A DNA stretch of 64,000 nucleotides from Amoebophrya sp. A120. Its lineage: Eukaryota > Protista > Dinoflagellata. Both the position numbers and the translations under genes were made by a program. Position 1 is the first letter of the stretch; every line of letters starts with the position of its first letter. The stretch is taken from NCBI GenBank assembly GCA_905178155.1, contig CAJINV010000007.1:2027151-2091150 (forward strand), written 5' to 3'. Of this stretch, positions 38,601 through 51,900 are shown in pieces. The notes under the pieces were generated by a model, which was not told the origin of the DNA, did no database searches, and saw only the letters and a program-made list of their open reading frames with translations.

Positions 38601-41600
38601 GGGGGATAAATCTGGTCGAACAGTTCGTTTGCGGGGATCTCTCGTTCTTCGATTTTGTTACCAGCGAGCTCAGCTTTTTGTTGTTCACCAGCAGGGGCGG
38701 CTGGGGGTGGATTCCTCGCGAAGGCTGCAGTACTTGCTGAAGATGTTGGTGCGGACCGAGAACTACTGCTAGAAGCCTTCGCCTTCTTGGCGGCCGGCTC
38801 GTCGTCGGTCTCTCCGACGCCCCCCGGAATTTCCACAGGAGGTGCGGCAGCAGCATTACTAGCAGTCGCCCGCTTCATGGGCTGCAGCTGGTGCTGCGCC
38901 TGTGCTTTAGCCTTCGCAGATGCGGATGCCGCGGCTTTCGCTTTCCCGTTCTGCTGTTTTGCCTTCGCAGAAGTTGTGGCGGACGCTGTTGAAGCTGGTT
39001 TCTTCATTGCGGTGGAGATACTATTGGACCCTGCTGCAGCCGCAGTCATCTTCGCTTTGGCCACAGCAGAAGCTTCGGCGCTTGCTTTCACTTTCGGAAT
39101 AAAGGATGGCAAAGTGCACACTGTCGTCTGTGTGCCAGCGGTGGCAGTTTCTCGGGGCTTGTAACAACTTGGAATGAGATCGACCTTCTTGACTGGATCG
39201 GAGATGTAGTTATCCGTCGTCGTGATTGTTTCTTCGACTATGACTTCTCTATCTCTTTCATCTGCCGCTTCATTAACAGCAGCGGGGAAAATCTCGTCCG
39301 CAATCATGTTGTGCGGTTGTGGTCGCTCCTCGCCAACACCGAGAGCATCATCATCTTCGGACACTCTGTCCTCCTGAGCACCATCTTCGAATGTTGAAGC
39401 GGATTTCGCCATGTTGTAACTTCGGGAACTACCATGCGGCAGGAATTCTTCGTTGTGTTCCATCATCTCAACATCTTCCACCCCATTGCCATCCAAGAGG
39501 AGGACACCAGCAGAGGCACCCGTGAGCTGCGATTTTAATTGCGCCGCACTGGCTCGACAAGCTTGCAGCTGCTCCTCGGTTAGAGGAAACAATGACATCA
39601 ACATCTCGCCTCGCCCTTCCACTTCATCTACTTTCGCCGGAGGATCGGCGCTGCAGGTAAATAAAGAAGACGCTGCAGTTGTTGACACCAGTCTCGTGGG
39701 CAACACACCAGTTCTTGCAGCTGCCATGGCGGAAGATGAAGATGATGAGGAAAGCGCAGCACACTTGGAAAAAGTGGTCTGCACCGCTTTGCTCGCACCG
39801 ATCGTGCCGATCCGTAACGCCCGTCGCTGCTGGCAGAAGATGAGCAAGCGCCGGCATACCTCCACACGCGCAAAGTGGTCCCGGACTTGTAGTGCCTCGG
39901 ATTTCAGTTCCGCCAGCGCTTTCTTCAGGCGGGTCTTCATCGCGTCCGCTGCGGTGCCTTCTGCTTCGTCGGCCGCGTGGTGGCTGCACAGCTTGATGAG
40001 CTGCGTGAAAGCGTCCCGCGCGAGTTTCTCCTCGTCAATGTCCTTGGCGGCGAAGTCAAACAAATCTGGGCCGGAACTGTGTTCGTCCTCGAGGTCCTGC
40101 TTCTCCTTTTCGTACAAGAGCCGCTCAGCGTGCGTCTGCGCGACCGCTATCTCACGCGAAACCTGTTTTTGAGGTTTATTGATTTCCACTGAAATTGCGT
40201 GGCGTTCTGTGTGTTGTTGCGCCAGGAGCATATCTTCAGGGTTATTGGTCAGTCAAATTTCTTTGTAGGTAGTAAGTAGCATGCAAGGGTAGATCTGCTG
40301 ACAGGAGCCACTTTCAGAGCAACTTCCAGTCAACGCGAAGCCAGGACCTCCAAACAAACGAGACTACTGCTGTTCGTCGAAAGTACCACTCTGATATTCT
40401 CCACGTCGTCGCACTTGGCGTTTTGGCGGAAAAGCGTGGACAGAAAATTTTTGCAGTTCTGGACCACAACGGACGACACGCAGGGCGCCCGCAGGATTTT
40501 ATTTGGGTTCCCCGGCTTGTGATCGTTGTCGATTTTCTCGGTTCCCTTGAAGCGCACGGGCGGCGGCTGCGGGCCCGTAGGGGCGAACCACTCCGCGTCT
40601 GCTCCAGTGGTGGCCAGGTCCATGCCGAACAGGCCGCCCATGGTCCGCACGCTTTCCGCCGACTGCACGCACGGCGTCCCCGTCAGCCCCCATCTGCAGC
40701 TGCTCCGCAGGAACATCAGCACGTTGGTCCGCCCGCTCAGCGCCTCGGCTTCCGGGTATGAAAGGCAAAGGCGCAGCAGTGCTGCTTTTTGGCCAAGGGA
40801 AGGGCAGTGAAGCAGTAGGGTTTATTTTGAAATCATACAAGCGGCCAGAAATCTCCTAGAAGCGGCGCCGCCCCCCGATCGTGGATGCATATTGCGCCGG
40901 CAACGGCGAGTCAGGCACTTAATAAATATTTCTGCGGAAACACAACCAGCGCTGGGCCTTGCTTTGCCTTTCATAGATGGAACTCGTCCAAAACCAATCT
41001 ACCCCAGTGGCATTGCTCTAACAGCGGGAATGGTAGATCGAGCGAGGTCTTTGACTTGCTGTTCATGGTAGTCTTGCTGCAGCGCTTGTCCCCGGCGTAC
41101 AGAGCTGGGCTGTTCTTAAGGTGTGTATCCAGATGAAAGCTGCAATGCAGAGCCATTATCCTGCTCGAGTCAAAGCTTCGGATTTGTACCATTTCGTGCG
41201 CAGTTGCAAGAAAAAGCATCAACAATCGCGATGTCATCTTGCTGCCCACCTCATTGCTCTATTCAGTACATATGGAAACTGTCGGAACAACAGGTCACAA
41301 ATGAAAATCACCCTGCTCCCGCCAGACTTGATGTTCATATTCCTAACCTAGTTACTAGCGCGAAACAACAAGGCCTCCGGACCGATACAGGCCGGCTCTG
41401 CAAGGAAAAATAGTCTGCCGCAGATAGATCCGCGTGTCGAAATACGGGGCCCGGGCAGCTTTGTAGTCCGCGTCGCTCCTGTCCCAGTCTTCGATGAGTT
41501 TCGCCGTCACTCGCTTCAACGTCTGCACCGGGTAGGGCTTGTTGGCCGACACCTTCTGCACCTCTTTCCCCACCTCCTTTTCGGGATCGGCGTCCAGGTA

Positions 41601-44600
41601 ATCCTGCACGCGGAGCAGGTAGTCCTTCGAGTACAGGACCCGATAGGTACAGGCCACCAAGTCAAACGCGGCCAACTCCCGCGCGGTCTTCTGGGCCAGC
41701 TTGGTTATGGTCTTAATCGTCAGCACTTTCCACCCGTAATCCTCCCCGAATTTTTTCACCTCCGCTTCCCACTGGTCTACGATTTATGCATTGCTGCAGA
41801 AGAATCGCACTCGTAGTACTCGTAGCCATAGCAGCCTTGCATGACAGTGCATCTACTTCTACCTGATCATCACTCTGCGAGACAAGTTGTGCTTCGTTCC
41901 CTGGCCCTGCATGTAGAAAAAAGTCCTCCCATATTACAGATTCTTACCTCCACGAGCGCGATGCAACTTTTGCAGTGCGTACGAGTTGGCTAGGAACTAG
42001 AATAAGCGTGGTGCTGCTCAGGTCGTAAAAGGAACCGGCGTCCTGCTCGGGGAGCTTCGGCTTGGCTTTCGCGTTTTTCTTCACCGCAAAGAAGTCGTGC
42101 TGGGCCGCCATGAGCGCGAGCGTGGTGGCAGTCTTCCCGAAACCGACCTTGTCCGCCAAGACACCGCCCCGGAGGTTGTACTTGTATTCCACTTCGAATT
42201 CCACACCGATAGCATTCTCCAGAAGCTTGGCGTCGCTGTTGATGCCCAGCATCGCCTCACCCAAGTCCATCATCTTTCTTTGCAGGACGCTCACCGACTT
42301 GGGATTTCGCTCCTGGTCCACCATCCACGTCAGTGCGCGGCGTTGCGAGCTATCAAACTTGAAGCAGGAGGGGCCTACTCTGTGCTGTCGAGGCCAGTCC
42401 TTTTAATGCAAGTACTAGAATGGGCAATATTAGATTGCTGTGAAGATGATGATAGATCGTCCGCGACATCATCAACTACATGCAAATGCATCCTACAATA
42501 AAAGCATATTCAGCATTGTCCACCGAACGTTCTTCTTCTTGCTGCAGACGAGAATTCTATGTTCTTGCGCTATTAACTTTTTCTTCTGCGTGCTACTTCT
42601 ACTATTCAGAATATTAAACTCGATCACCTCTCGACGCAAATGCAAATCAACTCCTGCGTACGTGGGATAACAATCCCGCAGCTGTTTCTCCGGTGCTTTT
42701 GTCCACTTTTTCGGCTGCGCGTGGAGCGCGTCTTCGTCGTTGCTTTTCAAATCGAAACTCGTGTCGAATTTGCTTTCCTGTACGGATGAGGTGGAAGAGG
42801 CGTCTTCGAGAATGTCCTCATTATCGTCGTCCACGTTCGCGTCGTCGCTATTCTGTATTTGCTTTTGGTCGTCTTGAAGCAGTGCCCCCTGAAGATCATG
42901 TCCAAAAGAACCAGTAGCTGCAGCATCTTCCGTTGCTCGCTCCACTGGGTGAAAATACCGATCTGCCATCAACTTCTCCGACACGCGCGGAATTCCCTTG
43001 ATCGTGTTTTGCCGGCTTGAATGGTGGTCCGGGAAAATGCGGACGCGTAGCCGCAGTTCGTCCGCAACGGAAAAACAGTCGCCAATCAGCCGGTTGAACT
43101 GGTCACAGATTCCAAGCAGGCATGATATCAAATGCAGAAGCACCGACATAAAACTCGTAGCTCATTGCCATACTAAAAACTGATGGAGACAACAGTTTTT
43201 GTTCTTATCGATCCTGTAATGCCTCAGGTTGTTCTTGTGCGACTAGATCTGGAAATCAAATACATCTTTCTTCTTGACTAAAACCATAGTAATTTCGTAG
43301 TCATGTCGTTGAACCGGTTTAATCATACTAGGTTTTCGATGCTTTTGCAGTGAATACGTAGTTCCTCCGTGCGCTCCGTTTTGTCCAGGGTAACGACCAC
43401 GGATGCAGGGCACAAATTCAGTGTGGTCGAGAAGTTCTTCATCAACCGATTGTCGAAGGTGTGAAAGTTTTGCGCCACGGCCCAGCGCTCGTCCTCCAAG
43501 TCTTGCAAGTCGGAATAGGGATCCGGAGCGGCAAAGCGGTACTGTGGCAGCGTCGGTTCGAGATCTGCGAGCTTGGGGCTCTGCGTCCCACTTCCACATT
43601 CCAAAGTCGTGAACTCAACACCATTTTTTTCGGACCGAAAATCTGCACCAGCCGCGCTAGAAGATGAAGTAGAAGATAAAGATTTAGAAGCTATGGTGCT
43701 GCCGGTCGAGAGGAAGTTGGAAAACGCCAGAATGCCGCACGTCAAAGCTGGAGAAGCGTTCGGAGCGAGGTCTTGCTGTATCTTTCCGCAGTCATCTTTC
43801 AGTTCTGCCATGAAAGCTTTCAGATCTGCTTTTTCGGTTTTCAGCGCCGGTCCGTAGGTGCGCTGGTCATCCACCTGAAACGTCGGCCGCATATGTGGGT
43901 AAGTCACTCTCGCGACACAGAGATGGCTCGCGTCGATCTCAACTTCCTGCCGCAAATCGTAGCTGCGTTGGTCGTTGATCGGAATGATTTTCTTTAATAT
44001 CAGGTCCACGTCCTTGTTTATCTTTCCAGCATCGCCTTTTTTTGCCCCGGAAGAACTTTTGCTACTTTCTTCTTTATCCTTCTTGCTCCCCGTTGCTCCT
44101 GTGGACTTCGAAGATGAAGAGGCGTTTTTTATTTCGTGCTTGATCTGATTGCTGGTGCGTCCTGGCGGTAGTGGCACAAACCGGCGAAAGTCGGACACGC
44201 CGCAGCCAGCCTGGAGCTTCAGCACCGGACAGGGAAACATACAGTGGTTCGGAATGAAGCGCACCACGCTAGTGTCAGGCGAATTCCGGTTCTCACGCTC
44301 CTGCTGCCCGCCTCCTTCTATGCGGCTGAAACAGGTAAAGTAGGCTGACGTCTGACTGTCTGCTGGCATCGGGCGCGCGGGCCACCAGTCGCCATAGCCG
44401 TGGATCAGCAGCTTCGTCGTGCAAGCGATCTGGCGCAGGAAACCGACCGTGCCTTCCCGCTCCTGGCGCGGTTCGCCGAAGGCGGCGCACTTGGCCGCGC
44501 CGGCCCGCGCAAGCTCGTCAGCGGTGGCGTGCCGCAGCTCCCTCGCTTCGAAGGCCCCGACTTCTGGCTTTGTCCTGTGTAAAAACGTCCCCACCTCCCG

Positions 44601-45167
44601 CCCAAACTCAAGATGAGATTCGTTTGACAGGTTTTCGCAGGCTGTTGCGCACGACAAGTTCAAGATCGCTGCGAAGCCGTATCTAGATACTGGAGCCCCA
44701 ACATTACCAATTATCGGTCATCCCCTTTAATTATATTCTGAAGATTCTACTAGCATGACAAATTGCAAAAAAAACCCATGAGATAATGCATTTCAACATG
44801 GGGCTGCGCAGCATCAGAAAAATTCTAGGGAAGCCGCGGACTTGCATGCTAAATCTGGGGCGGCGGGGGCGTTTATTTTACTCAGGATAGGCTTTATCGC
44901 GTCGCTAGCCGGGAACATTCGCTCAATTTTGAAGTAAGTGGCACAACCGGGTCGGGTGGGGATTTTCACTTCAGACACCACACACAACGCCTCAACATGC
45001 GGTCCTGCTCCCGTGGGTGGGATCGGTGGATGGTACCACGAAGATGATCCTCCACATCCTCCGTGCTGCACCAAATTCGAGGCTCGCACCACTTTGTCGC
45101 CGACCTTGAAAGCAGGTGGGGCAGCGGCTTGCTGGGGCTGCTTAAACCCACCGTAATTGCTCAACAT
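35615..45167 (-). CDS. SNF2-family ATPase with embedded degenerate RING (RAD5/16-like, DNMT5-type module), many exons
   Basis: Motif I GGVLADKVGFGKT, Ia LILVPSQLVDQW, II RLVLDEFH, III RWGLTGTP, IV KAIVFCQW, V LLMSLENKASGTTLT, VI EQQALGRVRRLGQ..VYRFYACGTVEE. RING-like CACC..GHVLCEDC..CPVS. The start and some 5' junctions are uncertain. Confidence 0.88.
36188..36409. mobile_element. Introner
   Basis: tctcccagagaaaaatgctag / ctagctgtttttctcggagata. Flanks cgaat/cggac. Join gives ESPEILLMSL. Confidence 0.75.
36608..36761. mobile_element. Introner (AAAGTATCG family)
   Basis: tatgcaagtgcaaaagaatcg / cgatacttttgccgtggata. Exact direct repeat tgctt. Join gives VLKQIKKDDPGSKAIVF. Confidence 0.88.
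40757..40975. mobile_element. Introner immediately after helicase motif II
   Basis: Perfect 14-bp IR tatgaaaggcaaag / ctttgcctttcata. Flanks ccggg/gatgg. Joins the DEFH exon to the RWGLTGTP exon in frame. Confidence 0.85.
41785..41981. mobile_element. Introner inside helicase motif Ia
   Basis: tatgcattgctgcagaag / cttttgcagtgcgta. Flanks cgatt/cgagt. Join gives VPSQLVDQWEAEV. Confidence 0.85.
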
Positions 45168-46205
45168 CACTCCCGAAGACGACGGGTGCTGCGGATCTAT
45201 ATTTCAATTCTGCTTGCAAAAAATTATACAGTTCGGTGGAAAACCCGTAAAAATACTAGGCGATAATCATTTATAAAAAATCTGAACGTAAATACAAACG
45301 CGTCAAGAATTGCTTGGCTGCTCATCTGCACTTGACTTTATTGGCTATCATGATGCATTATAGATGATTACATTTTGTATTGTCTGTACACAGAATCACA
45401 GGCTGCGGATTAATTGTGCTTGCAGTGGATACATAGCAAAATTGCACGAAAAAAAAATACGTTAGAGGAGCACATCCAAAAAGGGATGAGCCATACAATT
45501 TGGAAATCGCCATGCACTCGTCTCACGACCTCTCCAGAGAAGCAGGATGATTGAAACAAAATCGGCTCGAATCTCAATGCCAGTCGATCGCAACTTTGCA
45601 GCCAACAACACGTTAACGGCATTTGAAGACATAGACAAACACAAACGATACAAAAAAATGCGAAATCTTTCATAGTCGTACTCGTTTTAATATTTCGCGT
45701 TTTGTTCAAAAACTACGATGAGCGACCTTTTGCTTTGTGCTCCACGGCAGAACAAATTTTGAGTCGAAATCAAACTACAAGATCATGAGAAGAATAAAAT
45801 TCGTCGTTTGCTTCTTTCGTGCTCATTTCACCGATATCTGAAAGTCCTGCCTTGCGGCGAAAAATTTGTCCAGATATCGCGTTTTTTCAAAAAACCCATT
45901 GCTCTTCGCAGTGAAAATCAGTAGCGACCGCTCACAACATCTTCGCAGCTTCACGAACATGGTATCTAGGTCACTCCAGTTTAGCTGGCCGGACCCGATA
46001 CCAGCAGTGGGCACGTCATGCTCTTGCGCAGCAGTTCCCATTGCGGCGCAGGAGCCTGTCTTTTCTGGCACCAGGTGCAGGAGGCCGTCAACGGAATCTA
46101 CAACGACAATCTTGGTACTGCTAGCTGCGGACGATGACCTCCTCGACGTTTTCCATCAAACAAAAAAGTGTTAACGTTAACGGTTATCACAGAATTTGTG
46201 ATGCA

Positions 46206-46808
46206 TTACTGCATCACAAATTCCGTTAACACTAACACTTTTCCCTGTGATATTTTCCTCGAATTGTCCATTATCCAGTCCAGTGAGGACTCGAAATCCC
46301 GCCTCCGCAAAATGCGATGCACAAAGAAATGCTGCAGGCCGTAGTGTTCCTGGACGTGGTGTCGTCCTCTTGAACAAGTCGCAGTTGATTTTTCAAGGTG
46401 CCGCGCGAACGTAGTCAGTATGAGAGTGTCGCATTTGGAGGAATCGACGAAGTTCAAGTTGATGAAAGTAGAGCTTGTATTCACTATGCACAACTTACTT
46501 GTGGCGCAGTAGAGCCTGCCTCTATTGCAGAGGACGCAGGCGAGGCAGAGTGAGTGTAGTGCTGCGAACGGGCGTGACAGGAGAGAGCTCTCTTGCCCTA
46601 AACCAACAGGAGCAGCATGACAGATTTGCTTCAGATTTTGCCGGAAAGTTTTGTCATGCGCCGCTTATAAATTGTCGGTCCAACAAGTTTCGAGTTTCTG
46701 CATCTTCGCAAATTATTGCCACTTTGTGGTCGATTTCAAACCTAACACTCCCATAATCAGGTCAAATTTGATGTCCGTGTCCAGCACGTGAACTTCGACG
46801 CGGTTCAT
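46206..46808 (-). CDS. Exons of an unresolved hypothetical gene (probably part of a larger 45.8-48.9 kb model)
   Basis: MNRVEVHVLDTDIKFDL joins in frame to TTFARHLEK...DWIMDNSRK after removing 46419-46755. The true ends are unknown. Confidence 0.35.
46419..46755. mobile_element. Introner (TATGGGAGYGTCAG family)
   Basis: tatgagagtgtc..aatcgac / gtcgatttcaaacctaacactcccata. Flanks gtcag/atcag. Interior collinear with 23006-23313 (tattgcagaggac, ttgccctaaacc, ttgtcatgcgccg). Confidence 0.85.
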
Positions 46809-48909
46809 GATGCCGATTTGTCGTGCTTATCAACCGCAATAATGTTGGGGTCCGGAACAAACTTGCGATGCTGAACCCGGGATGACTCAACCAATTCCGA
46901 CGAGTGCTGCCAACAAGCATGACAATATTTTTTCCCGAACTTCAACTTTCTAGTACATAGTACGCATTACTTACAGCCGGCGTCTCTGCGTGAGAAAAAA
47001 GACCCGCTTTTGCTGGTCACGCAGGCAACATGCACAAGACAAGCATCGGAAGTTCCTGTTGTATTCCAGATCCGGACATATTTCCTGTGCAATGCATAGC
47101 GAAAATGAGGGATCGAATGAGGCCGAGGACGTGGTACACCTACCGCGTAATTGGTCTGTGGTTCTTTTTGAGCTGCGCGGGGAATCGGAGCCGGAGGCTG
47201 TTTTCCCGTACAACGCGGCTAACCATTGTTGAACCACCATGGACTATCCAAGAAAAAAAGTTAAAGCGCTACAGTGACGCAATTGTATGTGAGTTTCTAT
47301 TTCAGCAACACAAACTTTCCCTGCATGACAGCTTGTAGTAAGGCGCCGAGTATCAGGCAAAAAGTGCAGGGAACGAAATTGGTTAGCACTTCCCGCATGA
47401 GAAAGGTTCTCTACTCTCGTGCTTGTGTTCCACCGCAGTGTGTAACTGTGTAGCCCTTTCTTTTTTCCAATATGGACTTCCCGCTTCCGTGCTTTCCCCA
47501 CAGTCCGACCACGTCGCCGAAACGAAGGCAGGAGGCGACGGGACAAGCGAGGTTGTTCTTGTTTTCACCCTGTCGCTCTTGCGTATCAGAAGAAGTGGGG
47601 CCAGAGACGATAGGCGGGAGCCTCGTGTTGACTCGGCGTCTCACGTCGCCCAGGGTTTCGTGGTAGTAGAGAACGGGATAGCTGGACGAAGGTGTCATGG
47701 GATCAAAAATGTCTTGAAGATTTGAATATTTTTGATTGCCGGTGCTCGAATTGCCAGCACAACTTCGATGATCATGTGCATTGCAAAAACAGCGCACTAG
47801 TGTAGACTGCAATACAAACTTTGCCGACGAGAGGACAAATAGTGCAACTCGTAGTGCTGATTCACCTTTGGCGGTGCATCTGTCACGTATGACTGCGATA
47901 GTACTACAAGTACTACGAGTGCGAAAATTTTGCTTTTGCACAGGATAGATCAGTTCGATCGTGGCTCGGTCTTCCCGGCTCTTCAGTTCCATTTGTTGCG
48001 CGGAAAAGAAAATCTGAATCGCCGACAGCACCGGCACCGGAGGAGTACACATGCTTTTCCTGCTCCTGCATCAGGTTCAGGACGTCCTCACACCTGGAAT
48101 TAGAATTACTCATTCCAACTCGTCTTCTTTCCCCTTCTGTCACAAGAAGCGTCACAGCCACTGCCCGCTGGTGAAGAGCACTCGTGTCCGCTAAGCCTGG
48201 TCGCCGAAAGTCGGAAATGCAAATACAGCAATGCAATATTTTTTCGTAGGTGTTGCATTTTTTTGTCCAGAAAAAAACGATCGCGAGCAAATGTAAAAAA
48301 TGTATGATGATGAAAATGTAAATGAGGCACACTACCGTATAAAGCAAATCTGCCTTGATGTCTTCTTGATCTCTCGGTTGGAGCAAAGGGTCTCAAGAAG
48401 CTCAACATCGGGAGCAACGGCGTGAAAAAATCAAGGCCTTAAAAATACTCGCGCAGGGGCAGGAGGAGCAGAAGTGTTGATCATGGATCTTCAAGCAATT
48501 CTGATCGTCATCGGACGAGTGACGACGAAGCCGGTTCGGGCCGTGGACTACCGCAGCAACGGGCAGAACGGAGTCTGGGGCGCGCACGATAAGCAGTTAC
48601 TCATGTAGCGACTCTTTGTGCCAGGCGATGAAATTTTCACCATGTACCTTTACTGCACGGGCAGATAAATGAATGGGATTGCTCCTCTTCGTCTTCGTTC
48701 TGCGTCTGGAAAGGCATACGAAACGAGACAAATTCGTGAATAAACCATCCAACTCTCTGTGGCTGCGTGGAATTTCAATTTCTGTTCAGAAATAGCTCAA
48801 AGAAATAAACAACAAAGCGTTGAAGTTGAACAACCACCTATCGACATCATGGCGTCCATACTGGAAGTCTTTGTCTCTCTCCTCCACCACCACGAGGACC
48901 AACACCAGT

Positions 48910-51900
48910 CTATTCTCCTTCTTCCACCTCAACCACCTTCGTCCCGAGCGTGATCGGCGGTTGCCCCTGCGTCAACAGCTTGTGAAATTCTTCCCTCGTC
49001 ACCGGCGGACCGTGATTCCACTCGGTGGTGAGAAGACTTTCCGCTTCCTGCAGCGATATCGGCTCGCCTATTCTGTGCAAAAACGACGTCACCTCGCCAT
49101 AGTCAACTTAAGGTGGGGACTTTGACTTTGCAACACAAATATTCATGCAGAAGTTATTTTGGGAGTTGTCACGAAGGATATAGCCCTTTCACCGTGGTGT
49201 GGCGTAGTGCAGGTCCGCACGGACACGGACCGCCGCATTGCACACCCTTTAATAATATCCTGCTTACAGCATAGTTGCATAAGTAAGCCGAAACACGACT
49301 TCCTTAAAAATAGAACAAACCACCCCTTCTAGTGACGATGCACAATGCAAACCGCGTTCTGCTACATACAAATCTGCCTGACATCAGCTCTGGGGCGGAC
49401 ACGTGGTTTCTACTGAGGATATCACCGAAAGCGGTGCGCACACTCTCAATGTCGAGTTTATCCGCAGTATCCGCAGTATAATTTCCCGTACAATTTTGCA
49501 AAGGCGGTTGCTGCATGACAAAACTTTCCTTCAATCCTATTCAACAGGGAAACTGGAATCAATGCTCTAAGTTGGAAAAATCTGCGGTGCATGGCACGGG
49601 AAATTTATATTGCATACGCAGCGGGATCCTTCACCAAACTGAGTTTTGTCGTTCATCAAGTGATCGATCTCGAAGTTTTATACTGTAATCGTAAAATCGT
49701 AAATGCCAATGGTGGAATAGTTTACATAAATCTACAATACGATGAAAGCCATACTGCGGGCATCTTCAAGACTAATCGATAATACTATTTCCGTGTTTTC
49801 GCATGCTAGTACAAATAATTTAGTCTCAAAGTACAACTGTGCGTGACAGCTACAAAAACTGCAAGATGCGATACAATATAGTTGGGGCTGAGTCCGTTAC
49901 GGTTCGTTACGGCTCGTTTCACCGTAACGAACGAACGAACGAGTTCGTTTGTGGCATCAGAACGAACAAACGAACGAACGAACGAACGCACTGGCTTTGC
50001 CATCCAAACGAACGAACGAACGAACGAACGAATGTGTGTTCGTTCGTTCGTTCGTTCGTTTCACCGTAACGAACGAACGAACGAAGTGGCTTCGCAGGTT
50101 CGCTAACGACCAAACGAACGAACGTACGCAATTTCGTGAGCTCGTTATGGTTCGTTTCCCCGTAACGAACGAACGAACGAGCCCGGTTCTGGCAGCCAAA
50201 CGAACAAACGAACGAACGAACGAACGAAGGGATTTGCGTTCATTCGTTCGTTCGTTATGGTTCGTTTCCCCGTAACGAACGAACGAACGAAGTGCTTCGC
50301 GGGGTCCGTTAACGACCAAACGAACGAACGCGCGGGCTTTCGGTCGCCCGTTCCGGCTCGTGGCGGCTCCCGTTAAAATAAAGTTTATAAATGAAGTATA
50401 CCATCGCGGGGAATATTCCGCAGGACGGTATTCTGTATTTATGTGTCGCCACCCCAGCGGCTCGACATTCATCCACTAACAATGACCGCCAGCTGCGCAA
50501 CGTGCGCCAAGAAAAGGCAGCGACCGCGACGCACCCAGGGGCCGCCCGCGTGGAGGACACGCATGCAGGATTTTTGGCCCCCACACTACCGAGCCGGACC
50601 GCGGGTTTTCGGTCGCCCCCCCGTTCCGGCTCGTGGCGGCTCCCGTTAAAGTAAAGCTTATACATAAATGAAGGATACCATCGCGGGGAATACTCCGCAG
50701 GGCGGTATTCTGTATTTATGTGTCGCCACCCCAGAGGCTCGACATCCACTAACCATGACCGTCAGCTGCGCAACGTGCGCCAAAAAAAGGCAGCGAACGT
50801 GACGCACCCAGGGGCCGCCCGCGTGAAGGACACGCATGCACGATTTTTGGCCCCCGCACTACCAAGCCGGGCCGGCTCGCTCGGATGCCTCGGGCTTCGC
50901 CTAGAAGAACACGAGCAAGCGCGCGACCTTGCCGTAATCGGACGGACGTCCAGGGCTCCGCTCGGACGCTCCGCTTGGACCGCCGAGACGAGCATTCCGC
51001 CGCATTTCTCTTTGACGGGCAACCGCCTACCAGAAGATCTCGCCGGACTTGTTCGCTAAAGAGAAAAGCACAAAGCCAGCGCCGGACGTTCTTCGCCAAC
51101 TCGCGGAAAGACGACGAGGGAGCTCTCACCTTTTGCAGTGTTCACGCACGGACGTCTTTTTCCGAAAATCGGATTCGTTCGTTACGGCGTTACGGCTCGT
51201 GACGAGCTCGTTCGTTACGGTGAAACGAACCATATACGAACCGTAACGAACGAACGGGAATTCGTTCGTTACGGTGAAACGAACCGTAACGAACCGTAAC
51301 GAACGAACGAAAATTCGTTCGTTACGGTCAAACGAGCCGTAATGAACCGTAACGGACTCAGCCCCAACTATACTCTACGATACGTTTCTGACGTAATCAC
51401 GACCTGTTGCTGAAAAAAAAATCGATTGATTTTTGATCTTTCGCACATGAAAAACGACGAGACTATCACTTTTCAAATATTTGATAAAACAAAATCTACA
51501 TTCATATGAAAAATCGCAAATCGCTCGTGTTTCATCCAGATGCTTATGCTTTAGTTTTACCTTTTACGAGAAGAAGAAAAATTGCAAAATACGCACTCCA
51601 CATTGGCCGCACGTCGAAATTTTCCGTCCATCGCAGAATTACATTCGCAAACATCTTGTCCGTCACTTTTCATTATACACGAGACATGGGACACGGACAC
51701 ACGGCGATGTCATGCCCCATGTCTCATGTCTTGGGACATGGGACATGGAGATGCCATGTCCCGTGTCTCATGTCTCATGTCCTGGGACACGAGACACGAG
51801 ACATGGGACACGAACACGGCGATGTCATGTCTCATGTCTCATGTCCTGAGACATGTCATGTCCCGTGTCTCATGTCCTGGGACACGAGACATGGGACATG

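Noticed and set aside
35615-45167. Frameshifted pseudogene interpretation of the SNF2, dynamin and DTD fragments
   Set aside because: Frame changes coincide with IR/DR-bounded or GT-AG introns, and the catalytic motifs are intact after removal.
46900-48860. Exon-like fragments and introner ends (for example ttttgcacaggata at about 47946)
   Set aside because: Likely genic, but the junctions were not resolved with confidence.
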